This document shows, piece after piece, positions 8,774 to 18,879 of a DNA stretch of 64,000 nucleotides; positions within the stretch are counted from its first letter, which is position 1, and the number at the start of each line of letters is the position of its first letter. The stretch spans positions 160,001 to 224,000 of the forward strand of contig JBOEGD010000009.1 of the NCBI GenBank assembly GCA_050633245.1, in the 5' to 3' direction. Under the pieces are notes generated by a model, which had not been told where the DNA came from, did no database searches, and saw only the letters and a list, made by a program, of their open reading frames with translations. Origin of the DNA: Calditrichia bacterium. GTDB lineage: Bacteria > Calditrichota > Calditrichia > RBG-13-44-9 > J075. Both the position numbers and the translations under genes were made by a program.

Positions 8774-9796
8774 ATGCAGATGAATGAAAATGAATATCTT
8801 GCTCTTTTTACCCGCCACTTCAACGGCGAGATAACAGAGAAAGAACAAGCGCAGCTTGACGAGTGGATTAATGCTTCGGAGCAGAACCGCGTAACGTTCA
8901 GTGAATATGAAAAGCTCTGGTCGACGCTTTCCGTTCCGGAACCACCCTCTCCTTTTCCTGTGGAGCAAAAATGGAGAGAATTTTCCCAACGCAACCCGCT
9001 CGATTCAGCGCAGCAGCTAAGCATCGATTCGCAGAAGATAGCCCAACAAAGCTGGAACCGCTATGCAACTTGGGGAAACATCGCAGCTGCAGTTACCATC
9101 CTGCTTCTCATTTCATCTCTTGCCTACTATGTTTTCGATGGCACTGCTGCCGCACCCTCTCTCTACCTGACCGGAAGCGGAGAAAGGGCTACGCACATCC
9201 TCCCCGATGGCAGCACTGTTAAAATGAATGCCGGAAGTGAATTACGCTTGAGCGAGGATTTCTCAGAGACAGAAAGAAGCGTTTATCTAAAGGGTGAGGC
9301 CCTCTTCGAGGTGGTTCACAACAGGGCCTCCTTCCAGGTGATCACTGATAATGCCCTTATTGAGGTATTGGGAACGCGGTTTAACGTCAATTCCCGACGG
9401 CAACGCACCGAGGTTGTCGTTCAGGAGGGCACGGTCAGTCTGCAAAACAGCAATTCTGATCAGTCTGATAAAGTTATTTTGAATCAAAATCAAATCAGCG
9501 CGTGTCTGGCAGACCAACCGGCTTCAACTCCACAGTTGATCGACAGCAAAAAGCACCTGGGTTGGCTACGCGGTAAGCTGATATTCACAAAAACTCCATT
9601 AGCCGACATTGCATCTGAACTGGAACGGACGTTTAACGTCTCTATTAAACTGGCGAATTCTAACATCGGCACATTAACCGTCTCGGGAGTATTTGATGAG
9701 ACCGATATTGAATCCATTCTCAATGAGTTAACGCTCACTCTTGGCCTACAGTATAGCTATCAGAACAATACATATTATTTAATGCAAGCAAACTGA
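8774..9796 (+). CDS. FecR-family anti-sigma factor
   Basis: N-terminal EQAQLDEWI, one TM helix, LPDGSTVKMNAGS, GEALFEV, VLGTRFNV, W..GKLIF...PL. Confidence 0.93.
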   Translation: MQMNENEYLALFTRHFNGEITEKEQAQLDEWINASEQNRVTFSEYEKLWSTLSVPEPPSPFPVEQKWREFSQRNPLDSAQQLSIDSQKIAQQSWNRYATWGNIAAAVTILLLISSLAYYVFDGTAAAPSLYLTGSGERATHILPDGSTVKMNAGSELRLSEDFSETERSVYLKGEALFEVVHNRASFQVITDNALIEVLGTRFNVNSRRQRTEVVVQEGTVSLQNSNSDQSDKVILNQNQISACLADQPASTPQLIDSKKHLGWLRGKLIFTKTPLADIASELERTFNVSIKLANSNIGTLTVSGVFDETDIESILNELTLTLGLQYSYQNNTYYLMQAN

Positions 9797-12531
9797 TGCA
9801 GAGAACAGCAAACATGCGCACAGAAGCGCAACGCATCTCACCACCGCTACTTTGCATCCTGATCATGTTGCTGTTGGTTATCTCTGATCTACAATCGCAG
9901 GAAACTGATCCCAAAAACCACGCGGTTTCGCTTCGCGCCAACCAGCTACCACTAATCACTGCGGTGCTGGATATAGCGAATCAGGCGAATGTCAGCGTAA
10001 CCTATAGCGATCAGCTGGTGGAGGACAAGATCATCACCTGCAATTTCCAGGGTCTACCGCTAAATACCGCTCTAAGCGTGATTCTTGAAAATACCGGTGT
10101 CGCATTTAAGTGGGTAAAAAAGGATCGTCTGGTTCTGCTTCCCATAGAGAACATTCGCTTTACCCTAAGCGGCTACATTCTGGATGCTGAAACACAGGAA
10201 GCACTACCCTTCGCCAATATTTCTGTTAAGGGTCTTTCCATCGGCACCATTAGCACGCGCGAGGGACATTTTACGCTTTTCAACCTTCCAAATGCTTCCT
10301 GTGAGCTGACAGTAGACTATATGGGCTATGCCTCCCAAACGATTGCAATAGATCCCGCCAGTGTATCGGAAAGACTGCTTATCCAACTCAATTCTACCGT
10401 GCATTTGGCCAATGCAGTTAACGTTAGTGCCGAGAATGATAAAATCATAAAGATCTCCACAACGCCTTCCAAACTAACTATCTCTCCGCAGAATGTGGCA
10501 ATATTGCCGTTCCTGGGGGACAAAGACATCTTTCGCTCGCTTCAGCTGATGCCGGGAGTCTTGAGCGGTAATGATGGCGATGCCGGTTTGTATATTCGCG
10601 GCGGGCTTCCCACAGAAAACCTGGTTCAGCTGGACGGTATTACGCTGTACCATCTCGATCATTCGCTGGGGTTCCTAAGCGCCTTCAATAACGATGCGGT
10701 AAAAGATGTGCAGGTGTACAAAGGCGGATTTCCTGCCAAGTATGGTGGAAGAGTGTCCGGCGTAATCGACATGACGGCTAAAAACGGCAACCTGCGAAAG
10801 CCCGCCATACAAATCGGAGTTAATCGGCTGAGCGCAAGCTTGTTAGCCGAAACGCCCCTTTTTGGAAAGGGCGCTCTGATGATCGCCGGCAGGCGTTCTT
10901 ATACCACTCATCTGCTCGGGACTATTTATAAACGCAACATCGATGCTCTCAGTCCGCAACTCGATACTCTTGTGCCAACGGCTAGATTGCGAGCAGACAC
11001 CAGTACCTTTTCAAATTATTACGATCTTCACGGTAAGTTTACACTATTTCCGTCGGAAAATTCGCTCCTTTCCTGGAGTTATTATCAGGGGGGCGATGAA
11101 GGAGATCTCAATCAGTCTACATCGGTTAACGGACCGTTCTTCGTTGAGGCGCTAAGACTTATTTCGAATTCAACTGGTAGAAGTAATGCCAACTGGGGCA
11201 ACCGTGGATACAGCTTTAAGTGGGCACAGCAGTTGACGCCGCGGTTTAACCACGTAATTGTTGGCGCCTATTCGAATTATTTCACAAAAGAGATTTTAGA
11301 CGTGTATCTAAGGCAATCTCTGGTTCTGCTCGACTCAACCGGTGGTATAGATTCTACGTTGCAGTCAAGCACGACGAACTCTGACTTCAACAGTAAGAGT
11401 AATTTAATAGATCGTAGTCTACGCTCGGAAAGTATCTGGCTCATTCATCCTGATCACAAGCTTGAATTTGGTCTGGAGGCCTCCAGTTTGAACATTAACA
11501 ATCGTTCAACATCCAATTCCACATTTTACTCGTCAATACTACAGGGCGATTCAACACGCAGTGAAACGTTTTCGCAAAAGGCACAGCAATCACTTATGTC
11601 CGCCTATCTGCAAGACTCCTGGCAGCTGACGGAAAGATGGCATGCAACAATAGGATTGCGTAGCAGCTATAATCTAAAGTTAAAAAAGAACTTTCTGGAA
11701 CCACGGATAGCGGTCAACTACAATCTAAATGATAATCTGATTTTAAAGTCGGCTTTTGGAGAATACCATCAGTTCGTTTTTCAAGTTGATGATACACTAA
11801 GGCGAATCAGCCAGCCGATTACCTGGGATGCAGCAGACAACTCAAGCTTTAAACCTGTCGAATCCAGACATTTTGTGCTTGGCAGTCAATATTCACACGA
11901 GGTGTTTCTAATTGACCTCGAATTCTATCATAAGCAACTCGATGGCCTTTTCGCAGATGCGTTAATAATTGGAGAGACACCCGAGGGCATACTCAATCTC
12001 CACAAAGGTTATTCGCAGGGATTTGATCTGCTGATTCAGAAAAAAAGTGGTTCCCTTACCGGATGGCTCAGCTATGGATACAATCAAAACAGAATCAGGC
12101 GCACAGCCAATGGGCAGATGGTGACGGTTCCTACGCTACAGGAGAAGCCGCATAACTTCAAGCTGGTGCTGAATAAGCAGGTCAAACGCTGGCAGCTAAC
12201 GACATCCTGGCACTATGCTTCCGGAAAACCATACACCATTCCACAGTTCAAGACAACAGTCATTGATTCAAATACAACAAGCACATCACTTGTTCCGGCA
12301 AGTAACTACGACGGTTTACGTCTCCCTGCCTCTCATCGCCTGGATATGGCCATAATGCGCTTTTTTAAGGCGAAAGCAGTTCATGGCACCATTAGCCTGT
12401 CTGTAGTTAATGTCTATAATCGCAAAAATATATGGCTCCGGTTTTTCGACCTTTCTGAAGGCCTTATCGCATCAGGAGATGTTCTTTCACTAGGTCGCAC
12501 CCCTACCCTGTCGCTGGAACTGACGTTCTAA
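9796..12531 (+). CDS. TonB-dependent receptor/transducer with N-terminal signalling and carboxypeptidase-regulatory-like domains
   Basis: Signal peptide, STN-like segment, SGYILDAETQEALPFANI, plug LQLMPGV...IRGG...YKGGFPAKYGGRVS, C-terminal LELTF. Confidence 0.9.
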   Translation: MQRTANMRTEAQRISPPLLCILIMLLLVISDLQSQETDPKNHAVSLRANQLPLITAVLDIANQANVSVTYSDQLVEDKIITCNFQGLPLNTALSVILENTGVAFKWVKKDRLVLLPIENIRFTLSGYILDAETQEALPFANISVKGLSIGTISTREGHFTLFNLPNASCELTVDYMGYASQTIAIDPASVSERLLIQLNSTVHLANAVNVSAENDKIIKISTTPSKLTISPQNVAILPFLGDKDIFRSLQLMPGVLSGNDGDAGLYIRGGLPTENLVQLDGITLYHLDHSLGFLSAFNNDAVKDVQVYKGGFPAKYGGRVSGVIDMTAKNGNLRKPAIQIGVNRLSASLLAETPLFGKGALMIAGRRSYTTHLLGTIYKRNIDALSPQLDTLVPTARLRADTSTFSNYYDLHGKFTLFPSENSLLSWSYYQGGDEGDLNQSTSVNGPFFVEALRLISNSTGRSNANWGNRGYSFKWAQQLTPRFNHVIVGAYSNYFTKEILDVYLRQSLVLLDSTGGIDSTLQSSTTNSDFNSKSNLIDRSLRSESIWLIHPDHKLEFGLEASSLNINNRSTSNSTFYSSILQGDSTRSETFSQKAQQSLMSAYLQDSWQLTERWHATIGLRSSYNLKLKKNFLEPRIAVNYNLNDNLILKSAFGEYHQFVFQVDDTLRRISQPITWDAADNSSFKPVESRHFVLGSQYSHEVFLIDLEFYHKQLDGLFADALIIGETPEGILNLHKGYSQGFDLLIQKKSGSLTGWLSYGYNQNRIRRTANGQMVTVPTLQEKPHNFKLVLNKQVKRWQLTTSWHYASGKPYTIPQFKTTVIDSNTTSTSLVPASNYDGLRLPASHRLDMAIMRFFKAKAVHGTISLSVVNVYNRKNIWLRFFDLSEGLIASGDVLSLGRTPTLSLELTF

Positions 12532-12593
12532 GCTTCTCTTCCCCTCGGTTTTTACTTTTTTTCAAACAAAACATTAATTTTCCCGCGAAGCGA

Positions 12594-12624
12594 TAGGGGT
12601 AATTATGAACTGCCGCGTAGTAAG
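12594..12624 (+). promoter_or_regulatory. Candidate ECF-sigma promoter, copy 2
   Basis: TAGGGG-N16-CGTAGTAAG, 117 bp before ATG 12711. Confidence 0.6.
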
Positions 12625-12710
12625 GTTTAAAAGCAGCTCTCGACGCTCATGCTTTATCCAGAGTGTTAATAATATGGCTGTATTGAAAAACCAGAAACAA
12701 AGGAAGAGAT

Positions 12711-14513
12711 ATGATACGTAAATTACATTGCATGGGTGTTATGGTTGGGAAATTATTGGGGATGACATATTTCTTACTATGTTTGCAAACGGCAAACGCT
12801 CAGTCGCTCGACAATCATTTTTTCAATAACCTTCCAGACTATACGCCACTCGCTACAGACACAACCGTTTCAGAGACAGAGCCGAATGATGATATTGCAA
12901 CCGCGAACCTGCTATTGCCCGGTTCATCTGTTGAAGCGCTCATAAACTCAGCCATGGACGTAGACTATTATCAGTTAGATATTGCCAGCCCTGCGGCACT
13001 TGAGATTACTGTTGTAGCTATTCCCTTTTTCAGTGATCTGGATCCACTGCTGGAGATACTCGATGCGAACGGCAATCGCCTTGCATTTAATGATAACAGT
13101 ACCCAGTTTGAAACCTCCCAGCTTGTATATGAATTTACTGCTTCAGGAAGTTATTATATTCGCGTTTCTAATTTGGAAGGTACTGGTGGAGAAGATTCAC
13201 TTCTCTATTCCTACTTCCTGGATCATCAGGAAGTAATACCTTCCGGCAATACGTCCTTCAGCGTTCTGGCATCATTAGACGCGGCCCAACCGGTTTTTGC
13301 TTTAGAGAAGTCCGAAGATATTATTTACACCGCAGAAGCTCATGGTGCATCAATATTTAGGGCCATTGATGTATCAGATCCGTTAAACCCCGTAGAACTT
13401 GGTTCTGTACAAACAGCAGGATTTATATATGACATCGCTTTATATCAGAATTACGCTTACCTGGCTATGGGCACCGGGGCAACAGGTACCGGGGCAACAG
13501 GTATCCGCATAATCAACACGACCGACCCTCAAAATCTCGAATCTATTGCATTAATTTCAGGCTTCGCAATAAGCGCACTTTTTCAACAAAACGATACCCT
13601 CTATGCCGCTGAACGAAACGGTCCCGGCCTGGCCGTATACGACTTGTCCGATGGTGCGGCACCGAGTTTAATATGGCACTTTGCTCTACCTGGTTCTGGC
13701 GCACTGGGGGTAACGGTAAATGCTAACCACATTTTTCTATCAGGTCTAAACGGCACCACTTATGTTATTGATAAAAGAACTCGAACTCTCATTTCCGATC
13801 TTTCCCTAACCGCGTTTGTAGCGGACAGTGAGCTCTTGGACAATCAGCTGCTTCTGGCAGATCTTCAAGGCCGCTTAATTAACGTTGATATTACAGACCC
13901 TGAGTTCCCTGATTCAACCGGCGTTTTCCATACAGACACATCATGGATCCGCTTAAACAATTTAAATATTTACAATGGGGAGGCATTTCTGGCAAGCTCG
14001 AAGAAAGGCATCCGCATTGTCGATATCAGCGATATGCATAGCCTGAAGGAGGTTGGGTATTATTTCTCACTACCCGATCTTTCGGCACGGGATGTACTGG
14101 TTGAAAACGATCTGGTATATATCGCAAGCGGTGAATTGTTCGACTTCACGGGCGGAGACAGAAAGAATCGCTTGATTATCTTACGTCTGGATACGCCGAA
14201 TGCAATTGGGGATGATGCAGGTCCTGCAAACTTGAATGACTTTACTCTTCATCAAAATTATCCAAATCCATTTAACCCCTCTACCACAATTGTATACGAG
14301 TTAAAAAGAACAGCTGCTGTTACCGTAACTGTTTACGACCTGTTAGGCAGGGAGGTAGTTACCTTGGTGAGCGAACAACAGCCGGCCGGACCACAGTCAG
14401 TAACGTGGAATGGGCTGGACTCCAGTGGACAGCAAGTGGTCTCCGGAATATATGTCTATCAGCTAAAAGCAGGCTCTGCAACAGAAACAAGAAAAATGAT
14501 GCTAATGAAGTAG
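12711..14513 (+). CDS. Secreted protein: PPC-like domain, LVIVD beta-propeller repeats, FlgD-Ig/T9SS-type C-terminal domain
   Basis: ETEPNDDIATAN...DVDYY; repeats IDVSDPLNP, YAYLA...GIRII, GIRIVDISD; C-terminal LHQNYPNPFNPSTTI...SGIYVYQL...RKMMLMK. Confidence 0.82.
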   Translation: MIRKLHCMGVMVGKLLGMTYFLLCLQTANAQSLDNHFFNNLPDYTPLATDTTVSETEPNDDIATANLLLPGSSVEALINSAMDVDYYQLDIASPAALEITVVAIPFFSDLDPLLEILDANGNRLAFNDNSTQFETSQLVYEFTASGSYYIRVSNLEGTGGEDSLLYSYFLDHQEVIPSGNTSFSVLASLDAAQPVFALEKSEDIIYTAEAHGASIFRAIDVSDPLNPVELGSVQTAGFIYDIALYQNYAYLAMGTGATGTGATGIRIINTTDPQNLESIALISGFAISALFQQNDTLYAAERNGPGLAVYDLSDGAAPSLIWHFALPGSGALGVTVNANHIFLSGLNGTTYVIDKRTRTLISDLSLTAFVADSELLDNQLLLADLQGRLINVDITDPEFPDSTGVFHTDTSWIRLNNLNIYNGEAFLASSKKGIRIVDISDMHSLKEVGYYFSLPDLSARDVLVENDLVYIASGELFDFTGGDRKNRLIILRLDTPNAIGDDAGPANLNDFTLHQNYPNPFNPSTTIVYELKRTAAVTVTVYDLLGREVVTLVSEQQPAGPQSVTWNGLDSSGQQVVSGIYVYQLKAGSATETRKMMLMK

Positions 14514-14533
14514 AAGTTCACTTTGATTCGGAG

Positions 14534-14571
14534 GTTGTTTGGAAGGTTTAATCGCCTTTCAAACAGCTTTT
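14534..14571 (+). terminator. Probable intrinsic terminator
   Basis: GTTGTTTGGAAGG pairs with CCTTTCAAACAGC (two G-U pairs), followed by TTTT. Confidence 0.55.
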
Positions 14572-14642
14572 GTAATAAAATGATAATTTAAAAATCACTT
14601 TTACATAAGTGTTAAGAACGAGTAGCTTTGACCGGAGACAAC

Positions 14643-15332
14643 ATGAAATACTGCAAAATAGCGTTATACAGCTTTCTACTTTTTACTACCCTTGCCTTTG
14701 GTCATGATCCTAAAGGCTCATTTTTCCTAAGTTTGCAGGGAGGTCTAAACCTTTCAAGGTTCGATGCCAGTGGTGCAGTAATGGTTGAGTCGCAACCTTA
14801 TGAGTTAATAATTTATAAACCTGCATTTGCTGCAAATCTGGAATATAGATTCGCAACCGGAATTACCTTAAAAAGCGGCCTGGTCTACTCTCAAGGCGGA
14901 GGAAAATGGGAGGAAGAATTCAATGTAACAGACCTGAATGGGAATGTTATCAAATTTAATTTCATTCAGGAAACGCATTTCTTTGAGGTCCCATTGCGAG
15001 TTCAATATCGTATTCCAACCGGTCCAACATCACTTTATGTGCAAACCGGAGGCTCAATTGCTTTATTAAGCTCAGCACGACTCGATTCAGACATTATCAG
15101 CCAAACCGGACGTATTCAGCCACCGAGAATTTTTGAATTACAAGACGCCTTTAATGATGTAAACTTTTCGCTGGACTTTGGAGGTGGCTTCTCCGTTCCA
15201 CTCAGTGATAATTTTGAAGCAGGGCTTGAGTTATTGTACGAAATTGGACTAATTAACCTGACAAAAGAAGTTGGTATTACCCAAAAATCAAGAGATATTA
15301 AGATATTGTTAGGAATAACAACGCGGCTTTAA
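14643..15332 (+). CDS. Outer-membrane beta-barrel (porin family) protein
   Basis: Signal peptide, GGLNLS, LVYSQGG, FEVPL, alternating beta-strand pattern; GGAG RBS. Confidence 0.78.
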   Translation: MKYCKIALYSFLLFTTLAFGHDPKGSFFLSLQGGLNLSRFDASGAVMVESQPYELIIYKPAFAANLEYRFATGITLKSGLVYSQGGGKWEEEFNVTDLNGNVIKFNFIQETHFFEVPLRVQYRIPTGPTSLYVQTGGSIALLSSARLDSDIISQTGRIQPPRIFELQDAFNDVNFSLDFGGGFSVPLSDNFEAGLELLYEIGLINLTKEVGITQKSRDIKILLGITTRL

Positions 15333-15356
15333 AGAGTTAGAGTCTGAATTGGAAAA

Positions 15357-15406
15357 TATCGGGTTGGGCAATGAACAAATTTACTGTGTCCAACCCGATA
15401 ATTTTT
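15357..15406. terminator. Hairpin, probable terminator
   Basis: TATCGGGTTGGGCA / TGTCCAACCCGATA stem with an A-run before and a T-run after. Confidence 0.6.
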
Positions 15407-15666
15407 ACGAAGTAGATATAACCAACAAAACCACACAAAGAGGGAGTCTTGTTCACACATAAAACAAATTTTTCCCACACGCCTATTCTCTGTAGTGCTT
15501 CACGCTAAAAATGAACATACCTGCCTCACATGATAATCTATTGGCAGACATTTCCAACAATTCAATCGAATAAAACAAGTGATGGAAGGGTATTAAATTA
15601 AATCACTAAAAGTTTGTTGAAGCATACTAAGCGCATGAGCGATTACCTCATTGCTTATTGCCTTTT

Positions 15667-15764
15667 TCACCTTTCACGTCTCACGTCTCACGTCTCACGT
15701 CTCACGTCTCACTTCTCACTTCTCACGTCTCACTTCTCACTTCTCACGTCTCACTTCTCACCTT
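15667..15764. repeat. Heptamer tandem array, 14 units of TCAC(GTC/TTC/CTT)
   Basis: Read directly; begins 12 bp downstream of the ABC ATPase stop codon. Confidence 0.97.
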
Positions 15765-15775
15765 TCATCCTACAA

Positions 15776-16438
15776 TCATTCATCTATGAAAATGTCATCA
15801 AAATGCTGTAGCAATCTCAATTCACAAGCTTGCACCTGCCAGAGTTCATCAGCACAGCTCTCCAGCAGCTCGCGACTATGCGAAGAAATCAGGATAATGC
15901 GATCCAGACGAGCTTCTCGAATATACTGATAGATTGCCTTCAGCGTGAATGGATCGATACCAGCCATAGATTCATCGAAAATCATACAGGCCGGGTTCAC
16001 CATAAAGTTGATCATCATCGATAGTTTCTTGTTCATTCCATGACTGTATTTTGCTATACGTGCGTGAATTTCCGGAAACGCAAATACCTCACTTAGCTCA
16101 GCAAAAAGGATTTCATCGAATGGAACGGCATAGGCCTTTAATACAAACTCCAGCCATTCTTTGCCGGTTAAGTAACCGGGGAATTCCGGCTCGTCATTCG
16201 AGAAAATGATGCTGTTTTGATACTCTTGCTTATTGTTCACATGATGGAAGCCACGCAGCTCTATCTCACCCTGCTGGGGCTGCAGGCGATTCATAAGCAG
16301 ATTAAACAGCGTCGTTTTTCCGCTGCCGTTCTCACCGACAATGCCATAGATCTTGTTCACCTGAAACTTGATGGAAAGGCCTTTGAAGATCACTTTTGAA
16401 TCGGCATAGGCAAAGTGCAGGTTATTTAGCTTCAGCAT
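15776..16438 (-). CDS. ABC transporter ATP-binding protein
   Basis: Walker A GENGSGKT, signature YSHGM, Walker B IFDES, SSH. Start re-placed at ATG 16438 after GGAG. Confidence 0.9.
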   Translation of the reverse strand: MLKLNNLHFAYADSKVIFKGLSIKFQVNKIYGIVGENGSGKTTLFNLLMNRLQPQQGEIELRGFHHVNNKQEYQNSIIFSNDEPEFPGYLTGKEWLEFVLKAYAVPFDEILFAELSEVFAFPEIHARIAKYSHGMNKKLSMMINFMVNPACMIFDESMAGIDPFTLKAIYQYIREARLDRIILISSHSRELLESCADELWQVQACELRLLQHFDDIFIDE

Positions 16439-17588
16439 AACGACTCCATTTGTCAAATGTACCCGCGTACAGAATGCGACCAAGAACGTAAACCGGCATA
16501 ACCAGAATCGCCTGCTGGTATGGTTCGCAGAGCAATAGTACAATAGCTGCAAGCAGCCAGAGCGGAAGAAAGCGCTTGCGTAGAGGCGATACTGCTAACA
16601 TCAACATAGCGGCGTCCAGAAAAGCAAGGCCGCTTAGCAGGGACAGTGTAAATTCTGTAATTCGAAAATTGTCACCAGCAAACCACAACAAAAACATCGC
16701 AATTGCGGACGCCGGAATCAGCAGAGCAGTAAAGGCACTCTGACGAAGCTGCGTATGAAACTCTGTCAGTCGCCCATTAAAACTCAGTATTTCAATCAAA
16801 TCTGTACCAACCAGAAGAAGATAAAAATAACCGCCGATCAAAATCAGACACTGCATAAAAACGAAGAACTGAAAGATGGCCGCATCCTGATGTTGGACAA
16901 TGGCCTGTGCAGCATAGAGGAATGGAATGGCAAGTGCAGCAAAAAGCCAGGTGATGCTCGAACGAACCTGGTCCACGCGCTGATATTTTAGCCGAAGAAA
17001 CTGTAGAATGAACTGATCTTGCAGAAGCACACCGGATGTTGAAGCCTTACCAACCCGACCTGGATCCAATCTCGTCATTTGCTTCACGGAACCAGTGCTA
17101 CTCCAAAGCTTGCTAAAAGGCAAAAAGGCGACAAGAACTGCGACAAATGAAAGTGGTGAAGGCTCAAAAAAGAAGCTGAAGGCAATAAAGAGGCCAAGCA
17201 ATAGATTCTTTAAAGATTTATCCAGGAAAGAAAGAATTGCCGCAAAGCTGAACGCAAAAAACTGAAGAATGTAAACCACAGAATTGAAGTCTATGGTGGC
17301 ATCAGCGAGTGTGAATATGAGGATGAGATAGAACAAGATAGCAAAACTGAAAGCAGCGGCAATCTTGCGAAACTGTTGCTGAAAAGTTGGCAGGTAACGC
17401 ATCTGAATTAGCAGTCTGCGATTGGTTTTTACCACCTGGAAGACAATAAACAAATAAAAGCAGACAATAAAGATGTTGGTATACCAAACGTGATAGTTAT
17501 TGTTACCCGCCAACGTCGTAGCGAATAACAATATAAGCAATCCCCACGGACCAATTTCATACCTGATCATTCTTATTGCCAGCTTCAA
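16422..17588 (-). CDS. Polytopic membrane protein, probable ABC permease partner
   Basis: About 10-12 hydrophobic segments; overlaps the ATPase start. Confidence 0.65.
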   Translation of the reverse strand: MKLAIRMIRYEIGPWGLLILLFATTLAGNNNYHVWYTNIFIVCFYLFIVFQVVKTNRRLLIQMRYLPTFQQQFRKIAAAFSFAILFYLILIFTLADATIDFNSVVYILQFFAFSFAAILSFLDKSLKNLLLGLFIAFSFFFEPSPLSFVAVLVAFLPFSKLWSSTGSVKQMTRLDPGRVGKASTSGVLLQDQFILQFLRLKYQRVDQVRSSITWLFAALAIPFLYAAQAIVQHQDAAIFQFFVFMQCLILIGGYFYLLLVGTDLIEILSFNGRLTEFHTQLRQSAFTALLIPASAIAMFLLWFAGDNFRITEFTLSLLSGLAFLDAAMLMLAVSPLRKRFLPLWLLAAIVLLLCEPYQQAILVMPVYVLGRILYAGTFDKWSRYAEAK

Positions 17589-17604
17589 CCTGCTATCCCG
17601 TCTT

Positions 17605-17660
17605 TTCTCTGCCGTCCGTTCTCTGCCGTCCGTTCTCTGCCGTCTGTTATCTGCCGTCCC
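17605..17660. repeat. Four 14-bp (double-heptamer) tandem units TTCTCTGCCGTCCG
   Basis: Units at 17605, 17619, 17633 and 17647, abutting the stop codon of the PLP enzyme. Confidence 0.93.
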
Positions 17661-18829
17661 TACAGCACGGTAAGGAATCGCTCAATTTCTTCCTCAGTAT
17701 TATAATAATGCGCGGAGGCTCGAATCATATCGGGCAGTTTGCGCGCCTCGGCATCAAGAATTGTTCCTGATGGAACGGCGATGCTCACATTAATATTATC
17801 TTTTCGTAATCTTTGTTGAATTGTTGCAGGATTTTCTCTTTCGCTGGAGAATGTAACAATACCACTTTGCACAGTGCCAATATCGTGAACCGTTACGCCG
17901 GGTAATTTAGCAAGACCGCTGCGCAGCGTTTTGGCAAGTTGTTGAACGCGCTGCCAGATAGCTTCGATGCCAACTTCAAGAGCATAATCCACTGCCACAC
18001 CGAGCCCGAAGTGAGCGGCAAAGTTGCTCTCCCAGTTTTCAAACCTTCGTGCATCATCACGTATTACATAACTTGCAGAGCTTAGCAGCTCGGCAGAATG
18101 CAAATCCAGCACGGCAGGTTTCAGTTCTTCCAGACGATCTTTTCGTACATAAAGGAAGCCGGTTCCGCGCGGGCCGCGTAGCCACTTTCGACCGGTTGCC
18201 GAGAAAAAATCACAGCCAATCTTCTGCATGTCTACCGGCATTTGTCCGGCAGATTGACAACCATCCAACAAATAGTAACAGTCCGACGGGCGTTCCAGTT
18301 TCCCAACGGCTTCGGCAGGATTGACCACTCCCCCACCGGTTGGAATATGCGTGATTGCAATCAGGCGCGTGCGATCATCAATTTTATTCTGCAAATCATC
18401 CAGGGATAGTTCACCGCTATCAGTGGGATCGACAGTAACGATTTCTACACCAAATCGTTCTTTCACAAGCAGAAAATTCAGGTAGTTGCTTGCATAGCTT
18501 TCTCGCGCGATAACAATGCGATCACCCGGCTTGAAAGAAATCGCGCCAAAAGCTGCCAGCCATGCAACCGTTGCATTTTCCATCAGAGCAACCTCGGCAA
18601 TATCTGCATTTAACAGCTTTGCAATGGAGGTGTAGATATCAGCGTATCGATTAGCATTCACGCTCTTGGCTTCATAACCGCCGATTCTGGCCTCAAGATT
18701 AAGATAATCAATTTGTGCATCAAGAACCGCCTGTGGCATAAGTGCAGCTCCGGCATTATTAAAGTGCAATACCTCTGAACAACCGGGCGATTCGGATCTG
18801 AAACGAACGATGTCTTTTTTGCTTAACAT
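17660..18829 (-). CDS. Aminotransferase class V PLP-dependent enzyme (C-S lyase-like)
   Basis: HFNNAGA, LDGCQSAGQ, SATGRKWLRGPRGTGFLY (PLP Lys), IRASAHYYNT. Confidence 0.9.
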   Translation of the reverse strand: MLSKKDIVRFRSESPGCSEVLHFNNAGAALMPQAVLDAQIDYLNLEARIGGYEAKSVNANRYADIYTSIAKLLNADIAEVALMENATVAWLAAFGAISFKPGDRIVIARESYASNYLNFLLVKERFGVEIVTVDPTDSGELSLDDLQNKIDDRTRLIAITHIPTGGGVVNPAEAVGKLERPSDCYYLLDGCQSAGQMPVDMQKIGCDFFSATGRKWLRGPRGTGFLYVRKDRLEELKPAVLDLHSAELLSSASYVIRDDARRFENWESNFAAHFGLGVAVDYALEVGIEAIWQRVQQLAKTLRSGLAKLPGVTVHDIGTVQSGIVTFSSERENPATIQQRLRKDNINVSIAVPSGTILDAEARKLPDMIRASAHYYNTEEEIERFLTVL

Positions 18830-18843
18830 GATTATCTCCTTAT

Positions 18844-18878
18844 TCGGTGATCGGTGATCGGTGATCGGTGCCCGATGC
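18844..18878. repeat. Heptamer tandem array TCGGTGA x3 plus 2 degenerate units
   Basis: TCGGTGA TCGGTGA TCGGTGA TCGGTGC CCGATGC, ending 1 bp from the TBDR stop codon. Confidence 0.88.
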
Positions 18879-18879
18879 C

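Noticed and set aside
13470-13503. 15-bp in-frame duplication (GTGATGTGATG peptide) in the LVIVD gene
   Set aside because: Real but a trivial loop duplication with no evident consequence.
15614-15929. ORFs with SRLTSH repeats (15614-15811, 15651-15929)
   Set aside because: Translation products of the stop-free heptamer array; they overlap the ABC ATPase on the opposite strand.
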